Virus record (IMG/VR): IMGVR_UViG_3300044506_000040
DNA length: 57,570 bases
Direction: 5' to 3' (one strand)
From: an uncultured virus (IMG/VR IMGVR_UViG_3300044506_000040)
Lineage: Duplodnaviria; Heunggongvirae; Uroviricota; Caudoviricetes
The notes beneath the pieces were generated by a model that was given only the letters and a program-made list of their open reading frames with translations, had not been told where the DNA came from and did no database searches. Position 1 is the first letter of the stretch. Each line of letters begins with the position of its first letter. Positions 1 through 9,636 of this stretch are shown here, one piece after another. The position numbers and the translations under genes are program-made.

Positions 1-11
1 TGGCTAGCGAG

Positions 12-377
12 ATGACCATCAACATCTCGTTTTACAAGAAGCGCACCGATCTGCCGCCGGGCAAGCAGGAATGGAAGTGCGTGACGCGTATCAAGTCCGA
101 ACAGGGCAATCTCTCGCGTGCGTCGCTTGTCATGGCGATGATGTTCTTCGACATGCGTGGCTGGTTCGACTCGACCGAAGAAGCCGTGTCGCATGAGCGT
201 GCGCGTGATTGGGCCGAGAAGTATTTCCCGGGCTACGAGGACGACGCCGAGATGTTGCTTGAAGGAATCGCCAAGCTCAGCGTGGACTACAACCGCTGGA
301 GCGACGGCACGCTCACGAACAAGGAAGGCAATACGAAGATGCCCGGTTTCCACCACGGCATTTTCTTCTTCGAATAA
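12..377 (+). CDS. hypothetical protein
   Basis: 121-aa ORF with phage-like codon usage; no motif recognised. Confidence 0.6.
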   Translation: MTINISFYKKRTDLPPGKQEWKCVTRIKSEQGNLSRASLVMAMMFFDMRGWFDSTEEAVSHERARDWAEKYFPGYEDDAEMLLEGIAKLSVDYNRWSDGTLTNKEGNTKMPGFHHGIFFFE

Positions 378-398
378 GGCTCAAAGCAGACTGAGCCA

Positions 399-415
399 TA
401 TATCACCAACATGAG
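399..415 (+). promoter_or_regulatory. putative early (virion RNAP) promoter TATATCA-N6-TGAG
   Basis: Same spaced motif recurs at 13758, 26042, 34351, 56057; resembles phiKZ early consensus TATATTAC. Confidence 0.55.
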
Positions 416-450
416 CATCAATTCCGGTGCTCTATTACAGGACAGACATC

Positions 451-840
451 ATGACGTTCGACGTAAACGAATTGGTTGCGAAGATCGAAGCGACGGTAGT
501 CCCTGAGCTGCCGGAAGAACTGAACCACGCCATCTTGCGCCTGCATGTGAGCTCGCGCTTGGCAGTCGTGGGCGCTATCAGCAACGACAAGTTGAAGATG
601 CACATGCTGGTGAACAACATCCGGGAGGCTTCGCGTATGACCGCGGAGCTTCTCGTGTTCTCGCATTACTTTGCCAACATCAGTGGCAAGAAGTTCGTCT
701 CGCTTCCGCCGGATACGCAAACGGGTCTCGAGTCCCTCTCGATTCACGTCCAGCGTTCGACGGCGATTGTCGAGACGTACACCGATACGCTGCTCAAGAT
801 GCACGAAATGGTCAAGACGCGTATCGAGGCTCAGAAGTAG
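451..840 (+). CDS. hypothetical protein
   Basis: ORF; ATG at 451 after AGGA. Confidence 0.7.
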   Translation: MTFDVNELVAKIEATVVPELPEELNHAILRLHVSSRLAVVGAISNDKLKMHMLVNNIREASRMTAELLVFSHYFANISGKKFVSLPPDTQTGLESLSIHVQRSTAIVETYTDTLLKMHEMVKTRIEAQK

Positions 841-867
841 TTCATTAACAATAAACCAAGGAAAGCA

Positions 868-1071
868 ATGACGTCTCAGACTTTGCAAGAGAAGATCCTG
901 CTCGAACACGCCATTCGTGCGGTGACGGATCACTTCAACGACTTCATCGGTCAGTGCATGGATGAAAACGGCAAGCCCAAGGCGCCGTCCATGGGCGACC
1001 TGATGAAGGCGCGCGCCTGCCTGCCGACTCGCTGCCCCCACGCGTTCGTGCCGAAGGAGAAGAAGAAATGA
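868..1071 (+). CDS. hypothetical protein
   Basis: 67-aa ORF with AACCAAGGA RBS. Confidence 0.7.
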   Translation: MTSQTLQEKILLEHAIRAVTDHFNDFIGQCMDENGKPKAPSMGDLMKARACLPTRCPHAFVPKEKKK

Positions 1072-1586
1072 AGATCGGTAACTTCGGTCTCGATCGCCCA
1101 CGTGCCGAACAACTCTTTGACATGATCTGTCAAGAGCTCGACCGCCGCATGGGTCCGGAAGTCGGCTGGTCGGTGCTCCCCAATAACCTGCCCTTTGTCG
1201 ACCCGGTGTTCGCTTCGCGCATGCTGAACAATCAGCTGCTGGGGCTCTCGGCGTACGTCGCGTACGGGCAAGAGGGTGAGCTCAACCTGATGATGGTCGA
1301 GCAAGAAGTGGCCAAGGGCGGGGACTTCAATCTGAAGCTCTATCGTTACGGCCATCCGGAACTGATGTTCGTGTTCTGCTGCAAGAACGTGACGGCTGCC
1401 CAAGCGCCGCTCGCGGCTCGTCGGGTGTACGAGTTCTTCTACAGCAAGTTCTACAGCGAGCACAAGCGTTACGAATCGCTTAACAGCACTCAGCTGCCGG
1501 CGGTTCACAACGCAGTAAAGCAGGCATTCCCCGACCTCGACAACGCGCGTACGCTGGAAATGCATACGCTCGATCTGTCGCATTAA
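1068..1586 (+). CDS. hypothetical protein
   Basis: ATGA overlap with upstream gene. Confidence 0.75.
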   Translation: MKIGNFGLDRPRAEQLFDMICQELDRRMGPEVGWSVLPNNLPFVDPVFASRMLNNQLLGLSAYVAYGQEGELNLMMVEQEVAKGGDFNLKLYRYGHPELMFVFCCKNVTAAQAPLAARRVYEFFYSKFYSEHKRYESLNSTQLPAVHNAVKQAFPDLDNARTLEMHTLDLSH

Positions 1587-1611
1587 ACGCACTACAACCA
1601 AGGAGCCGTAC

Positions 1612-1977
1612 ATGAAGCTGATTCTCACGAACCACTACCCGTTCCCGTATCCGGAAAACATCTCCGAAGAACACGGCGAGCGTCTGTCGAGCGAATCGAC
1701 GGATCGTCAACTCGAACTGCACAACGTGATCCACTTCGAGCAGAAGCACACGACGACGGTGGAGTTCGGCGATCTGGAAGCGTACACGGAAGCCAAGCAG
1801 AAGACTGGCTGGAAGCCGTGGGGCACGGAAGGCACCGAGCAGTTTATCCTCGAAGCGCCGGTGAGCTCGGATGACGGCTATGGTCCGTACGCGGCGATCA
1901 TCGTCAAGAACGAAGCGTGGTGCGGCACCATCTTGGCGGCGGACGTGGAAACGTACACCAAGGTCACGCACGACTAA
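1612..1977 (+). CDS. hypothetical protein
   Basis: AAGGAG RBS; followed by hairpin. Confidence 0.75.
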   Translation: MKLILTNHYPFPYPENISEEHGERLSSESTDRQLELHNVIHFEQKHTTTVEFGDLEAYTEAKQKTGWKPWGTEGTEQFILEAPVSSDDGYGPYAAIIVKNEAWCGTILAADVETYTKVTHD

Positions 1978-1983
1978 GGCAGT

Positions 1984-2014
1984 GGGCGGGCTTCGGTCCG
2001 CCCCTTATGCCGTC
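1984..2014 (+). terminator. GC hairpin (UUCG loop) followed by TTATGCCGTC
   Basis: GGGCGGGC-TTCG-GTCCGCCC then TTATGCCGTC. Confidence 0.6.
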
Positions 2015-2024
2015 AGGAGGCATT

Positions 2025-2456
2025 ATGTTGTCCAAAGCAGTCAGGCTGCGTCGCCGCATCAACCGTGAACGTCGCAAGCAGCCCGCGTGGCGTAGTTGCA
2101 TGCAGAACTACAAGCAGAGCCAGCTCACCTTTCTTAAGCTGAGCCGCAATGCACAGGTCGGCGCTACGGGTTCGCACAGCATCGACAGTCTGAAGTACTC
2201 GCTCAATATCAGCCGGTCGATCCAGCTGAAGAAAGAGCAACAGACGATGACGCGTCCCGAATTCATCGAAGAACTCGAGCGCGCTCAGAAGGTGCGGCAC
2301 CATTCGTGGCAGTTCGTCGCCTGGGCCCGCATTCTGGCCGAAACCAAGGTGGAACTGCGTGACGACATGAAGTCGTTTCGCCAAGTCTTTAAGGCGCAGG
2401 TTCGCAAACGTCGCGAAGCCAAACGGGGTATTTTGAGAAGGCTCACGCAACAATAA
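2025..2456 (+). CDS. basic hypothetical protein (MLSKAV N-terminus)
   Basis: AGGAGG RBS before ATG 2025; very R/K rich. Confidence 0.7.
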   Translation: MLSKAVRLRRRINRERRKQPAWRSCMQNYKQSQLTFLKLSRNAQVGATGSHSIDSLKYSLNISRSIQLKKEQQTMTRPEFIEELERAQKVRHHSWQFVAWARILAETKVELRDDMKSFRQVFKAQVRKRREAKRGILRRLTQQ

Positions 2457-2484
2457 CCAAGTCGAAACCAAGGAACTCAGAACG

Positions 2485-2958
2485 ATGGGAACAACCAAAC
2501 TCCAGAAAGTCCTCGCCCTATCCCTCCTAGCAGTAACCGCAGTAACGGCGCAAGCGTGCCGTGCGGATTGCTTTGACGCTGCGGCGCACTACCAGAAGGT
2601 GCGACCCGTGATCTTGCGCGGCATTGCAAAGGTCGAGTCTCAAGACAATCCTCACGCGATCAACCACAACAAGAACGGTTCGGTTGACTACGGCATGATG
2701 CAAATCAACTCCATCCACCTGAAGGAGTTGAAGAAGTACGGGGTGCACAAGGCCGATCTCATGAACGCGTGTAAGAACATCTACACGGCGGCTTGGCTCT
2801 ACCGGCAGAAGGTCGATCTCCATGGCGATAACTGGGTCGCTGTGGGCAGCTACCATTCGGAAACACCACGCGAGCGCTGGAAGTACGCGCGCAAGGTGCA
2901 ACTGGCAGTGCAGGAGCTTGCGTACGAGGAACGCATTCAACTGGCTGCAAACAACTGA
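2485..2958 (+). CDS. lytic transglycosylase (SLT domain, IagB/PilT-like) with signal peptide
   Basis: IAKVES catalytic Glu motif, DYGMMQINS, AVGSYHS; hydrophobic N-terminus. Confidence 0.9.
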   Translation: MGTTKLQKVLALSLLAVTAVTAQACRADCFDAAAHYQKVRPVILRGIAKVESQDNPHAINHNKNGSVDYGMMQINSIHLKELKKYGVHKADLMNACKNIYTAAWLYRQKVDLHGDNWVAVGSYHSETPRERWKYARKVQLAVQELAYEERIQLAANN

Positions 2959-2964
2959 GGTCCT

Positions 2965-3165
2965 ATGACACCCGAACAGGTACAGGACGCTATCGGTAAA
3001 ACGGTGGTCGTCAACGCGAAACGCGACATCGGTATCGATCCCGACATCCGTCGCATTATCGGCAAGGACAGCACACTCGTCAAGCAGTGCAGAAGCGGAC
3101 TGCTTCAAATCGAACACGAAGGCAAGCACTATTCGGTGCCGATGTCTAATGTCGATTTGAAGTAA
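2965..3165 (+). CDS. hypothetical protein
   Basis: GAGG RBS; followed by hairpin and T-tract 3173-3212. Confidence 0.65.
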   Translation: MTPEQVQDAIGKTVVVNAKRDIGIDPDIRRIIGKDSTLVKQCRSGLLQIEHEGKHYSVPMSNVDLK

Positions 3166-3234
3166 GCGTTTTGGTCGACCCTAATCCTTTGGTGGGGTCG
3201 ACTTATTTTTTTGGTTCCTTTAAAGGTAGAAACA

Positions 3235-4128
3235 ATGCGAACAACTCTCATGGGCTCGCCGATGCGTGCCCCGGCAACGGTGATTCAGCCCGTGCAAGAA
3301 GTCATCGCGTGCGAGGGCTTCCTCGACATCATCAAGCAGGTCTTCGGGGGCAAGCGTGCCAAGATGGATCCGAAGACGCACCGTGAGCATATCAACCAAG
3401 CGTTCTATAAGGGCGCGGCTCACGTGAAGAGCTACATCGCCCAGACCTTCGCCAATCGCGACTGGGTCGAATCGCACTACAAGCCCGAAGCCCATCACGT
3501 GAATATCCGTGACTGGCACTATCTCGCGTTCCAGGGCAAGATGCATCAACCGAAGGAAGTGCTCGATCACTTCTCGAAGGGCTTCCTCGATGCCCAACGC
3601 AAGTACGACGGCGTGGGACAGATCGAGAAGTACGTCAAGGAACTGGACGAAGCCGAAGAAGCGATCGAAGCGTTCTACCAGATCCATGACGACGACGTCG
3701 ATGCGGTGGAGAACTTCGCGCGCACCCAGATGCAGCAGATCGAAGTGCCGCCGAAGATGAACTGGAATGAGCGTCATTCCTCGATGCATCAGGCACCGAA
3801 GGAAGTGCAAGCGCTTCCGACCCTCACGACCAACCAGGTCATCGAAGCAGCAAACGAAATCCTGAAGGTGATGGATATCGTCAAGAAGTACGAAGGGGCC
3901 GTCTGGAACTCCATGCCCGGTAGCGGCTGTGACGCGCATGAATTCTGGGGTGAAAACGAATCGACGGGTTACGACGGTGAACAGCTGCGTACCGGCGACG
4001 TGGGTGACTTCTTCTACTTCCAGAGCACACCCGATGAAGTGTGCGCCACGGTCTCCGTGCCTTTCAGTGACTTGCAGGATTCCATCTTGGCCGTCTGTGC
4101 CTGGCTGATCCTGACCTGTCCGGATTAA
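3235..4128 (+). CDS. putative virion head protein
   Basis: N-terminal ACE-GFLDIIKQVFG resembles phiKZ-type protease site plus amphipathic helix. Confidence 0.55.
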   Translation: MRTTLMGSPMRAPATVIQPVQEVIACEGFLDIIKQVFGGKRAKMDPKTHREHINQAFYKGAAHVKSYIAQTFANRDWVESHYKPEAHHVNIRDWHYLAFQGKMHQPKEVLDHFSKGFLDAQRKYDGVGQIEKYVKELDEAEEAIEAFYQIHDDDVDAVENFARTQMQQIEVPPKMNWNERHSSMHQAPKEVQALPTLTTNQVIEAANEILKVMDIVKKYEGAVWNSMPGSGCDAHEFWGENESTGYDGEQLRTGDVGDFFYFQSTPDEVCATVSVPFSDLQDSILAVCAWLILTCPD

Positions 4129-4237
4129 ACACGCGAAACTAATGATATAGCGGGTATGAGGAGAGCGCTCTCCTCTCCGTCATGCCTTTCTTTTTTGGCA
4201 TGTTCCTTCCTTTTCCTTTGCAAAGGTAAACACAATC

Positions 4238-4591
4238 ATGTCCGGTCCTACTCCCGTTACGACCCCGAGCGTCGATCAGCGCGTGCAATTCATGTCGGCT
4301 GACGCTCCCCTCGCTGCTGTCATCGTCAACATCTGGGGCGACGGCGCCGTGGACGTTGTGGTCGACGACGCTTCGCTGCCGAACGGCCCGCAGCTGTTCA
4401 AGCGCCAGACGTACGTGCCGTACGGTGCTACGTTCGTGCCCCCGGTCGACCCCGTCACCGGCAACACGCTCGACCCGCGCTACGTGGCGCAGCTGACGAC
4501 GGGCTCGGGCCTGCCGGCTGCTGGCCTGCAAAACACGACCCCGTCGATCGACGGTGTTGTCGTTCCCGGCACGGAACCCCTCGAAAGCTAA
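4238..4591 (+). CDS. hypothetical protein
   Basis: Strong codon bias; downstream hairpin terminator 4629-4664. Confidence 0.7.
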   Translation: MSGPTPVTTPSVDQRVQFMSADAPLAAVIVNIWGDGAVDVVVDDASLPNGPQLFKRQTYVPYGATFVPPVDPVTGNTLDPRYVAQLTTGSGLPAAGLQNTTPSIDGVVVPGTEPLES

Positions 4592-4746
4592 TCCGCTTTC
4601 TTTCCTGAAGACGATTTACCGCATTGGTGCCCCTGCTGAGTTGGTAGCTCGGCAGGGCTTTTTTGCCGTCAGGTTAAAAAAACACAGTTCAAGTATCTTC
4701 TGAACGGCACACTCAGCCCTTCCATCAATAACCGGAGAATAACGAA

Positions 4747-5268
4747 ATGACGAAACAAGTAACCCTCGAAACGAACCATGGCAAGATCGTAATTCAGCTC
4801 GACGATAAGGCCGCCCCGAAGACGGTGCAGAACTTCCTGAACTACGTGAACAAGGGCCACTACAATGGCCTGATCTTCCACCGCGTGATCGACGGCTTCA
4901 TGATCCAGGGCGGCGGCTTCAACGAAGGCATGACCCAGTCGGCGACCGATGCACCGATTCAGAACGAAGCGGACAACGGTCTGAAGAACGACAAGTACAC
5001 GATCGCGATGGCGCGCACGAACGATCCGCATTCGGCCACCGCCCAGTTCTTCATCAACGTCAACGACAACACGTTCCTGAATCACTCGTCGAAGACCCCG
5101 CAAGGCTGGGGCTACGCCGTGTTCGGCAAGGTCATCGAAGGCCAGGACGTCGTCGATGCGATCAAGAAGGTGAAGACGGGCAGCAAGGGCTTCCACCAGG
5201 ACGTGCCGACGACGCCGGTCATCATCACCAAGGCCGACAGCGAGCACATCGTCGGCGCGAGCGTCTAA
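4747..5268 (+). CDS. ppiB: cyclophilin-type peptidyl-prolyl cis-trans isomerase
   Basis: [39 protein letters not shown]. Confidence 0.97.
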   Translation: MTKQVTLETNHGKIVIQLDDKAAPKTVQNFLNYVNKGHYNGLIFHRVIDGFMIQGGGFNEGMTQSATDAPIQNEADNGLKNDKYTIAMARTNDPHSATAQFFINVNDNTFLNHSSKTPQGWGYAVFGKVIEGQDVVDAIKKVKTGSKGFHQDVPTTPVIITKADSEHIVGASV

Positions 5269-5269
5269 C

Positions 5270-5674
5270 ATGAATACGCCGCATCTGTACTTTGTTCCGG
5301 AACTCATCGAGTGGGGCACCCACACTCAGACGAACCACCCGGAGGCCGGTTGGATTCCGGCTCGTCCCTTGGGCTTCCAAGGACTCTCGCTGCGCCGTCG
5401 TCTGTCGTTGGCCTGGGGTGTGTTCACGGGCAAGTACGATGCGGTGTATTGGGAACCGACACTGGCTGACCTGCATCGGAATGCCATGGCGGTTCCCGAG
5501 CAACATCTGCCACCGAAGTTTGTGGAGATGCCGCCGGTGTGGAACCAGGGTGAAGTGAATTCAGCGGCGGCGATGGCCGTTGCTGCGACGAACATCTCGC
5601 CGTTGGAAATGGGTAGCGTCGGCTGTCTGCCGTTGGTCTACTACAAAGAACGTGCTGTGGAGGAAAACAAATGA
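5270..5674 (+). CDS. hypothetical protein
   Basis: ORF packed in operon; WIPARP motif. Confidence 0.65.
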   Translation: MNTPHLYFVPELIEWGTHTQTNHPEAGWIPARPLGFQGLSLRRRLSLAWGVFTGKYDAVYWEPTLADLHRNAMAVPEQHLPPKFVEMPPVWNQGEVNSAAAMAVAATNISPLEMGSVGCLPLVYYKERAVEENK

Positions 5675-5886
5675 GTTTCGGTGGCATGAATCCCGTAGCG
5701 GCTGCTCAGCTGGCTCGATCGCTTGATCAAGATGCACAGCTGGCTGCGGCTGAAGCCGTGGCTGCGCTTTACGAGGGCGATGAGCGTCCGTGCATCCAGG
5801 CTGATGTGATGAACGCCTTCAACCAAGGCATTCAGTGGGGCCGTGCGAATCCGGCACCGAAAGCCGATGACGTACGTTCCGCCTGA
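5671..5886 (+). CDS. hypothetical protein
   Basis: ATGA overlap; shares AFxxGxxWGRxNP with the next gene. Confidence 0.65.
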   Translation: MSFGGMNPVAAAQLARSLDQDAQLAAAEAVAALYEGDERPCIQADVMNAFNQGIQWGRANPAPKADDVRSA

Positions 5887-6250
5887 CGGTGGGGTGATGC
5901 AGCGCGATCTTGAGCGTCGCGCTGTTGCTCCCGCCATCGAAGAGTTTATCGAGACCCGCTTTCACCGCGAGTCGGATCACACCAAGCTGTGGCTCAAGCA
6001 GGCATTCACAGCAGGTGTGGAATGGGGGCGTCAGAATCCGTCGCAGGCTGACCTCGTGCAACTCAAGGGCTTGATCGCCTCGATCACGGAACTCGAGAAC
6101 GATGCTGAGGCGGTCTCCAAAGACGAGAAGACACACATCGGCATGCGGGTGATGGCGCAGGGTATTCAGCAGGTGTGCGCAGTGGCTCGTGTGCTGGCAG
6201 CCAAGATCGCAGGCAAAGGGAAACTCGTCGATGAGCAAACCACGGGATGA
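5867..6250 (+). CDS. hypothetical protein
   Basis: AFTAGVEWGRQNP motif; start uncertain. Confidence 0.65.
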   Translation: MTYVPPDGGVMQRDLERRAVAPAIEEFIETRFHRESDHTKLWLKQAFTAGVEWGRQNPSQADLVQLKGLIASITELENDAEAVSKDEKTHIGMRVMAQGIQQVCAVARVLAAKIAGKGKLVDEQTTG

Positions 6251-6482
6251 ACTGAAGCGCTTACGCTATCGTGGGGAGCGCACGAGTAACTGGATGGCTC
6301 GGCAGTCTGCGGGCTACACGGGTTACTGCTGTCCAGCTTGCGGAGTGGAAGGCTATTCGGAATCGATGAGCAAGCAGGAGCGCCGGCATAAGCGCGCCCG
6401 TTACCTCATCGATAAGATCAGGAAGGATGGGGGTCAATTCGATGCTAGTGAAGAACAACGCATACTGGCGGCGTGTGATTAA
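6231..6482 (+). CDS. small hypothetical protein with CCPACG
   Basis: ORF in operon. Confidence 0.55.
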   Translation: MSKPRDELKRLRYRGERTSNWMARQSAGYTGYCCPACGVEGYSESMSKQERRHKRARYLIDKIRKDGGQFDASEEQRILAACD

Positions 6483-6483
6483 G

Positions 6484-6684
6484 ATGGGTAAGCGCACCCC
6501 GCGCAAGAGTGTCTGTACCTCCGGTCCCGTGAACTACGACTGGAGTTGCAAGACCCTGCGTGTGGTGTTTGTGCGCTACCACCCCGGCGCGAAGACGATT
6601 GCGCGTCGTCTGCGTCAGGGTCGCCCAGCGAAAGCCGATGTGGATGGACGCCTGTCCTGCTACATCAGCCCCGGTCGTTATTGA
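6484..6684 (+). CDS. small basic hypothetical protein
   Basis: Fills the gap between two genes. Confidence 0.5.
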   Translation: MGKRTPRKSVCTSGPVNYDWSCKTLRVVFVRYHPGAKTIARRLRQGRPAKADVDGRLSCYISPGRY

Positions 6685-6691
6685 GGACATC

Positions 6692-7414
6692 ATGGAAGCA
6701 GTAAAACGTTTCAAAGAGAATTTGCGCGGGCAAGACTGGGCGGTGGGGGATGTCCATGCTCACGTCTCACGGCTGCGCGCAGCCCTCAAGGAGATTGGCT
6801 TTGATCCCGCTGTGGATCGCCTCTTCTGCACGGGGGATTTGGTGGACCGCGGGGATGAACCGTTCCAGGTGCTGAACCTGATGAAGGAACCCTGGTTCTA
6901 TAGCGTCATGGGCAATCACGACGACTTCGCTGTCCGGCTGTGCGAGGATCGTCCCATCGACATCAAGCGCTACATCGAAGGCGGTGGCGGCTGGAATATG
7001 CAGAACACGCGTGAGAACCAGCAGCGCTTTGCTGATGCGTTCCGCGACCTGCCCTTTGCCATCGAGGTGGAAAACGACAGGTACGGCATGGTTGGGATTA
7101 CGCACGCGAACTGCGTGAAGCCGACCTGGGCGGAATTCACCCAAGCCCTTCGGGATCAAACCGAAGGCACACAAGTTCAGAAGACCGCACGGCACGATGC
7201 GATGTGGGATCGGGATCGTTTCAAGACGGGAACGCATGAGATCATCCCCGATATCCGCGCTGTGATCGTGGGTCACTGCACGACGCCGGTACCCAAGGTA
7301 CTGGGCAACGTGCACTTTATCGATACGGGTGGCTGGACGAGTCGGCGAGCGTTTACGTTCATCAAGCTGGACTCTCTCGTCACCATCACTGTTAGAACCG
7401 CAGAGGGAACATGA
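6692..7414 (+). CDS. metallophosphoesterase / Ser-Thr protein phosphatase (PphA/NinI-like)
   Basis: GDVHA, GDLVDRG, GNHD, VGHC, IDTG motifs. Confidence 0.92.
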   Translation: MEAVKRFKENLRGQDWAVGDVHAHVSRLRAALKEIGFDPAVDRLFCTGDLVDRGDEPFQVLNLMKEPWFYSVMGNHDDFAVRLCEDRPIDIKRYIEGGGGWNMQNTRENQQRFADAFRDLPFAIEVENDRYGMVGITHANCVKPTWAEFTQALRDQTEGTQVQKTARHDAMWDRDRFKTGTHEIIPDIRAVIVGHCTTPVPKVLGNVHFIDTGGWTSRRAFTFIKLDSLVTITVRTAEGT

Positions 7415-7788
7415 CCGCCGCACAAGAGAAGATCAGCGTATATGCCAGCATGAGCCAGATGGGTGAACTCGTGAAGTTCATGATCGGCTGCTGGCAGGAG
7501 CACGTGTTTCAAGAGAAGGAACGCACGCCGGAAGAACTCCTGACGGTGCTCGAAGCGCGACCGGATTGGACCGAGCGTGTGAAGATGTTCATCACGCACG
7601 CAGCAAAGACGGCGTTCGCTGACATGACCGCTATCGAGATGCTCGCCGGTAAGCTGAAGGTCGGCAAGCTGGAAACGCGTGGGGAAGACTGGCTGCAAGA
7701 TCGCACCATGGCGGATCCGCTCGATAAGCGCGTGGCTCGCGTCATCAGCGAAGCCAAGTACTGGGACTGGTCACTCGCGCACGGGTAA
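7411..7788 (+). CDS. hypothetical protein
   Basis: ATGA overlap. Confidence 0.7.
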   Translation: MTAAQEKISVYASMSQMGELVKFMIGCWQEHVFQEKERTPEELLTVLEARPDWTERVKMFITHAAKTAFADMTAIEMLAGKLKVGKLETRGEDWLQDRTMADPLDKRVARVISEAKYWDWSLAHG

Positions 7789-7791
7789 GCC

Positions 7792-8271
7792 ATGGACTAC
7801 TATCTCGATACCGAGTTCAACGGGTTCGGTGGCAAGCTCATCTCGTTGGGGATTGTGCGCCAGGACGGACACGGCTTGTACGTGATCTACCCGAAGCTGG
7901 AAAGCTACACGGAGTACGTACGACAGAACGTGCTGCCCCATCTGGAAAATGCGCCGGCGTTTGCCTTGCACATGAATCCGGGTGCAAAGGCCGGGAACCT
8001 CTTGGAAGAGTTCTTCAAGGGCGACCCGTGTCCGAACGTGATCTGCGACTGGCCGGATGACGTGAAGTACTTCTGTGAAGAGATGTTGCTGGGACCGGGT
8101 AAGCGTATCAAGGTGCCGCGCATCACGTTTGACATCCGACCCATCGAGTCGTATCCGACCAAGCTCCGTGGGGCGGTGCAGCACAACGCGTTTTGGGACG
8201 CACTGGCGCTGAAGGCCAAGTGTGAAGAGCTGGACGAAGAGCACATCAAGAGTGGTGCGTACTTCCGATAA
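7792..8271 (+). CDS. DEDDh 3'-5' exonuclease (Rv2179c/DUF5051-like)
   Basis: LDTEF...LISLGIV...D..HNAFWDA. Confidence 0.8.
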   Translation: MDYYLDTEFNGFGGKLISLGIVRQDGHGLYVIYPKLESYTEYVRQNVLPHLENAPAFALHMNPGAKAGNLLEEFFKGDPCPNVICDWPDDVKYFCEEMLLGPGKRIKVPRITFDIRPIESYPTKLRGAVQHNAFWDALALKAKCEELDEEHIKSGAYFR

Positions 8272-8281
8272 CAGAACCAAC

Positions 8282-9115
8282 ATGAAAACACGCGAAGAAG
8301 AAATCCAAGAAGCGGTCGCACTCAACGAAGAGATGCGCAACGCACCGGGGATCAAGACCGGCATCAGCCTCAACATCCCGGAGAACTGGGATTGGGGCGA
8401 GAAGGTGCTGTCGTATAAGCGCACGGTCCTTCAGATCAAGACGTCGTATTCGGCAGCTGTCCACTTCCTGATCGATGTGACGGATCCCGACAAGATCGCC
8501 GTGAAGGCCATCGACGAGTTGCTCTTCCAGTCGGGCAACAACGAAACCTTCAGCGCGGTCTGTACGGTCCTCGCGAACTACGTCAAGATGTTCAGTGACT
8601 GGTCGATGAAGCGCGGGATGCTGGAACTCGTGCCGAACACGCTCGGTGGTTTCCGTGGCGCGTTCTATCTGCATGCTGGACGCGCACCGACCGAGCAGGA
8701 ATGCTTCGATGCGGGTGTGCGCTCAGGCCTGCAACGTCCGCGTCGTCCGGGCTTGGGGGCGCAGTTGTACTACCTCGCATCGCCCTTCACGAACGAGGAT
8801 CCGCGTATCCAGGAATCGAACCGCATCTGGGTGTGTCGCAAGGCTGATGAGCTGATCGAGCAAGGCATCTACTGTGTCTCGCCGATCGCGCATAACCTCG
8901 CGGTCATCAAGGAGTCGGGCGCGCCACACAAGACCGGTTGGGACAAGTGGCGTGAGCATGACCTCACTATCTTGCGTAAGTGCGATCGCGTGATCGTGCT
9001 GAAGCTGCCGGGCTGGGAGAAGTCGGTGGGGGTGTCGGAAGAAGTGAAGACCGCACGGGAACTCAACATCCCGGTGGACTACGTCGAAATGGGGGAGACG
9101 TATGAACCGCAGTAA
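8282..9115 (+). CDS. protein with C-terminal DUF1937 (nucleoside deoxyribosyltransferase-like) domain
   Basis: YLASPF...SPIAHN...W..HDL.IL..C...LPGWEKSVGV..E. Confidence 0.75.
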   Translation: MKTREEEIQEAVALNEEMRNAPGIKTGISLNIPENWDWGEKVLSYKRTVLQIKTSYSAAVHFLIDVTDPDKIAVKAIDELLFQSGNNETFSAVCTVLANYVKMFSDWSMKRGMLELVPNTLGGFRGAFYLHAGRAPTEQECFDAGVRSGLQRPRRPGLGAQLYYLASPFTNEDPRIQESNRIWVCRKADELIEQGIYCVSPIAHNLAVIKESGAPHKTGWDKWREHDLTILRKCDRVIVLKLPGWEKSVGVSEEVKTARELNIPVDYVEMGETYEPQ

Positions 9116-9392
9116 GAAGGTGCGTGAGCGCAAGGATCGCAACAAGTTCGAACGTTACATGAAGCGCATTCATGGACCGAACTGGCGTTCGAAGTTTGCC
9201 GACCAGAAGGTCATCCCGGTGCCGCATGACTGGCAAGAACGCATTGGTCCGGGCTTGCACTACGTACCGAAGATGCCGGTTGCGCGAGCGCTGACGGTCG
9301 AAGAGATCCGTCTGCAACTCAAGCGCGCCGCAGGTATCACGCCGGGCACGCAGCCGAAGGGTTATACCGAGGGCGTTTCGCCCAACGCATAA
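9102..9392 (+). CDS. basic hypothetical protein
   Basis: GGAG RBS; overlaps upstream gene. Confidence 0.6.
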   Translation: MNRSKKVRERKDRNKFERYMKRIHGPNWRSKFADQKVIPVPHDWQERIGPGLHYVPKMPVARALTVEEIRLQLKRAAGITPGTQPKGYTEGVSPNA

Positions 9393-9636
9393 TGGCCGGC
9401 TACGCTGTCTATCAATGGTGGTGGAGGTACTTCCTCCACCTTCACCTTGACGCCGTCGGACCGAAGTGGGTGTTTCACTACTCGCGTCCGATGTACGTCG
9501 AAGGCATTCCGATGATCCCGGGATGCTAAGTCATTGATAGTAAAGTATTTTTTTACTGCAATGCGTAAGAGTATGTGAGAGAATACACAATGCATGTACG
9601 AGGGACCTTCAGACCCAAACCTCCGACATGCCCACC

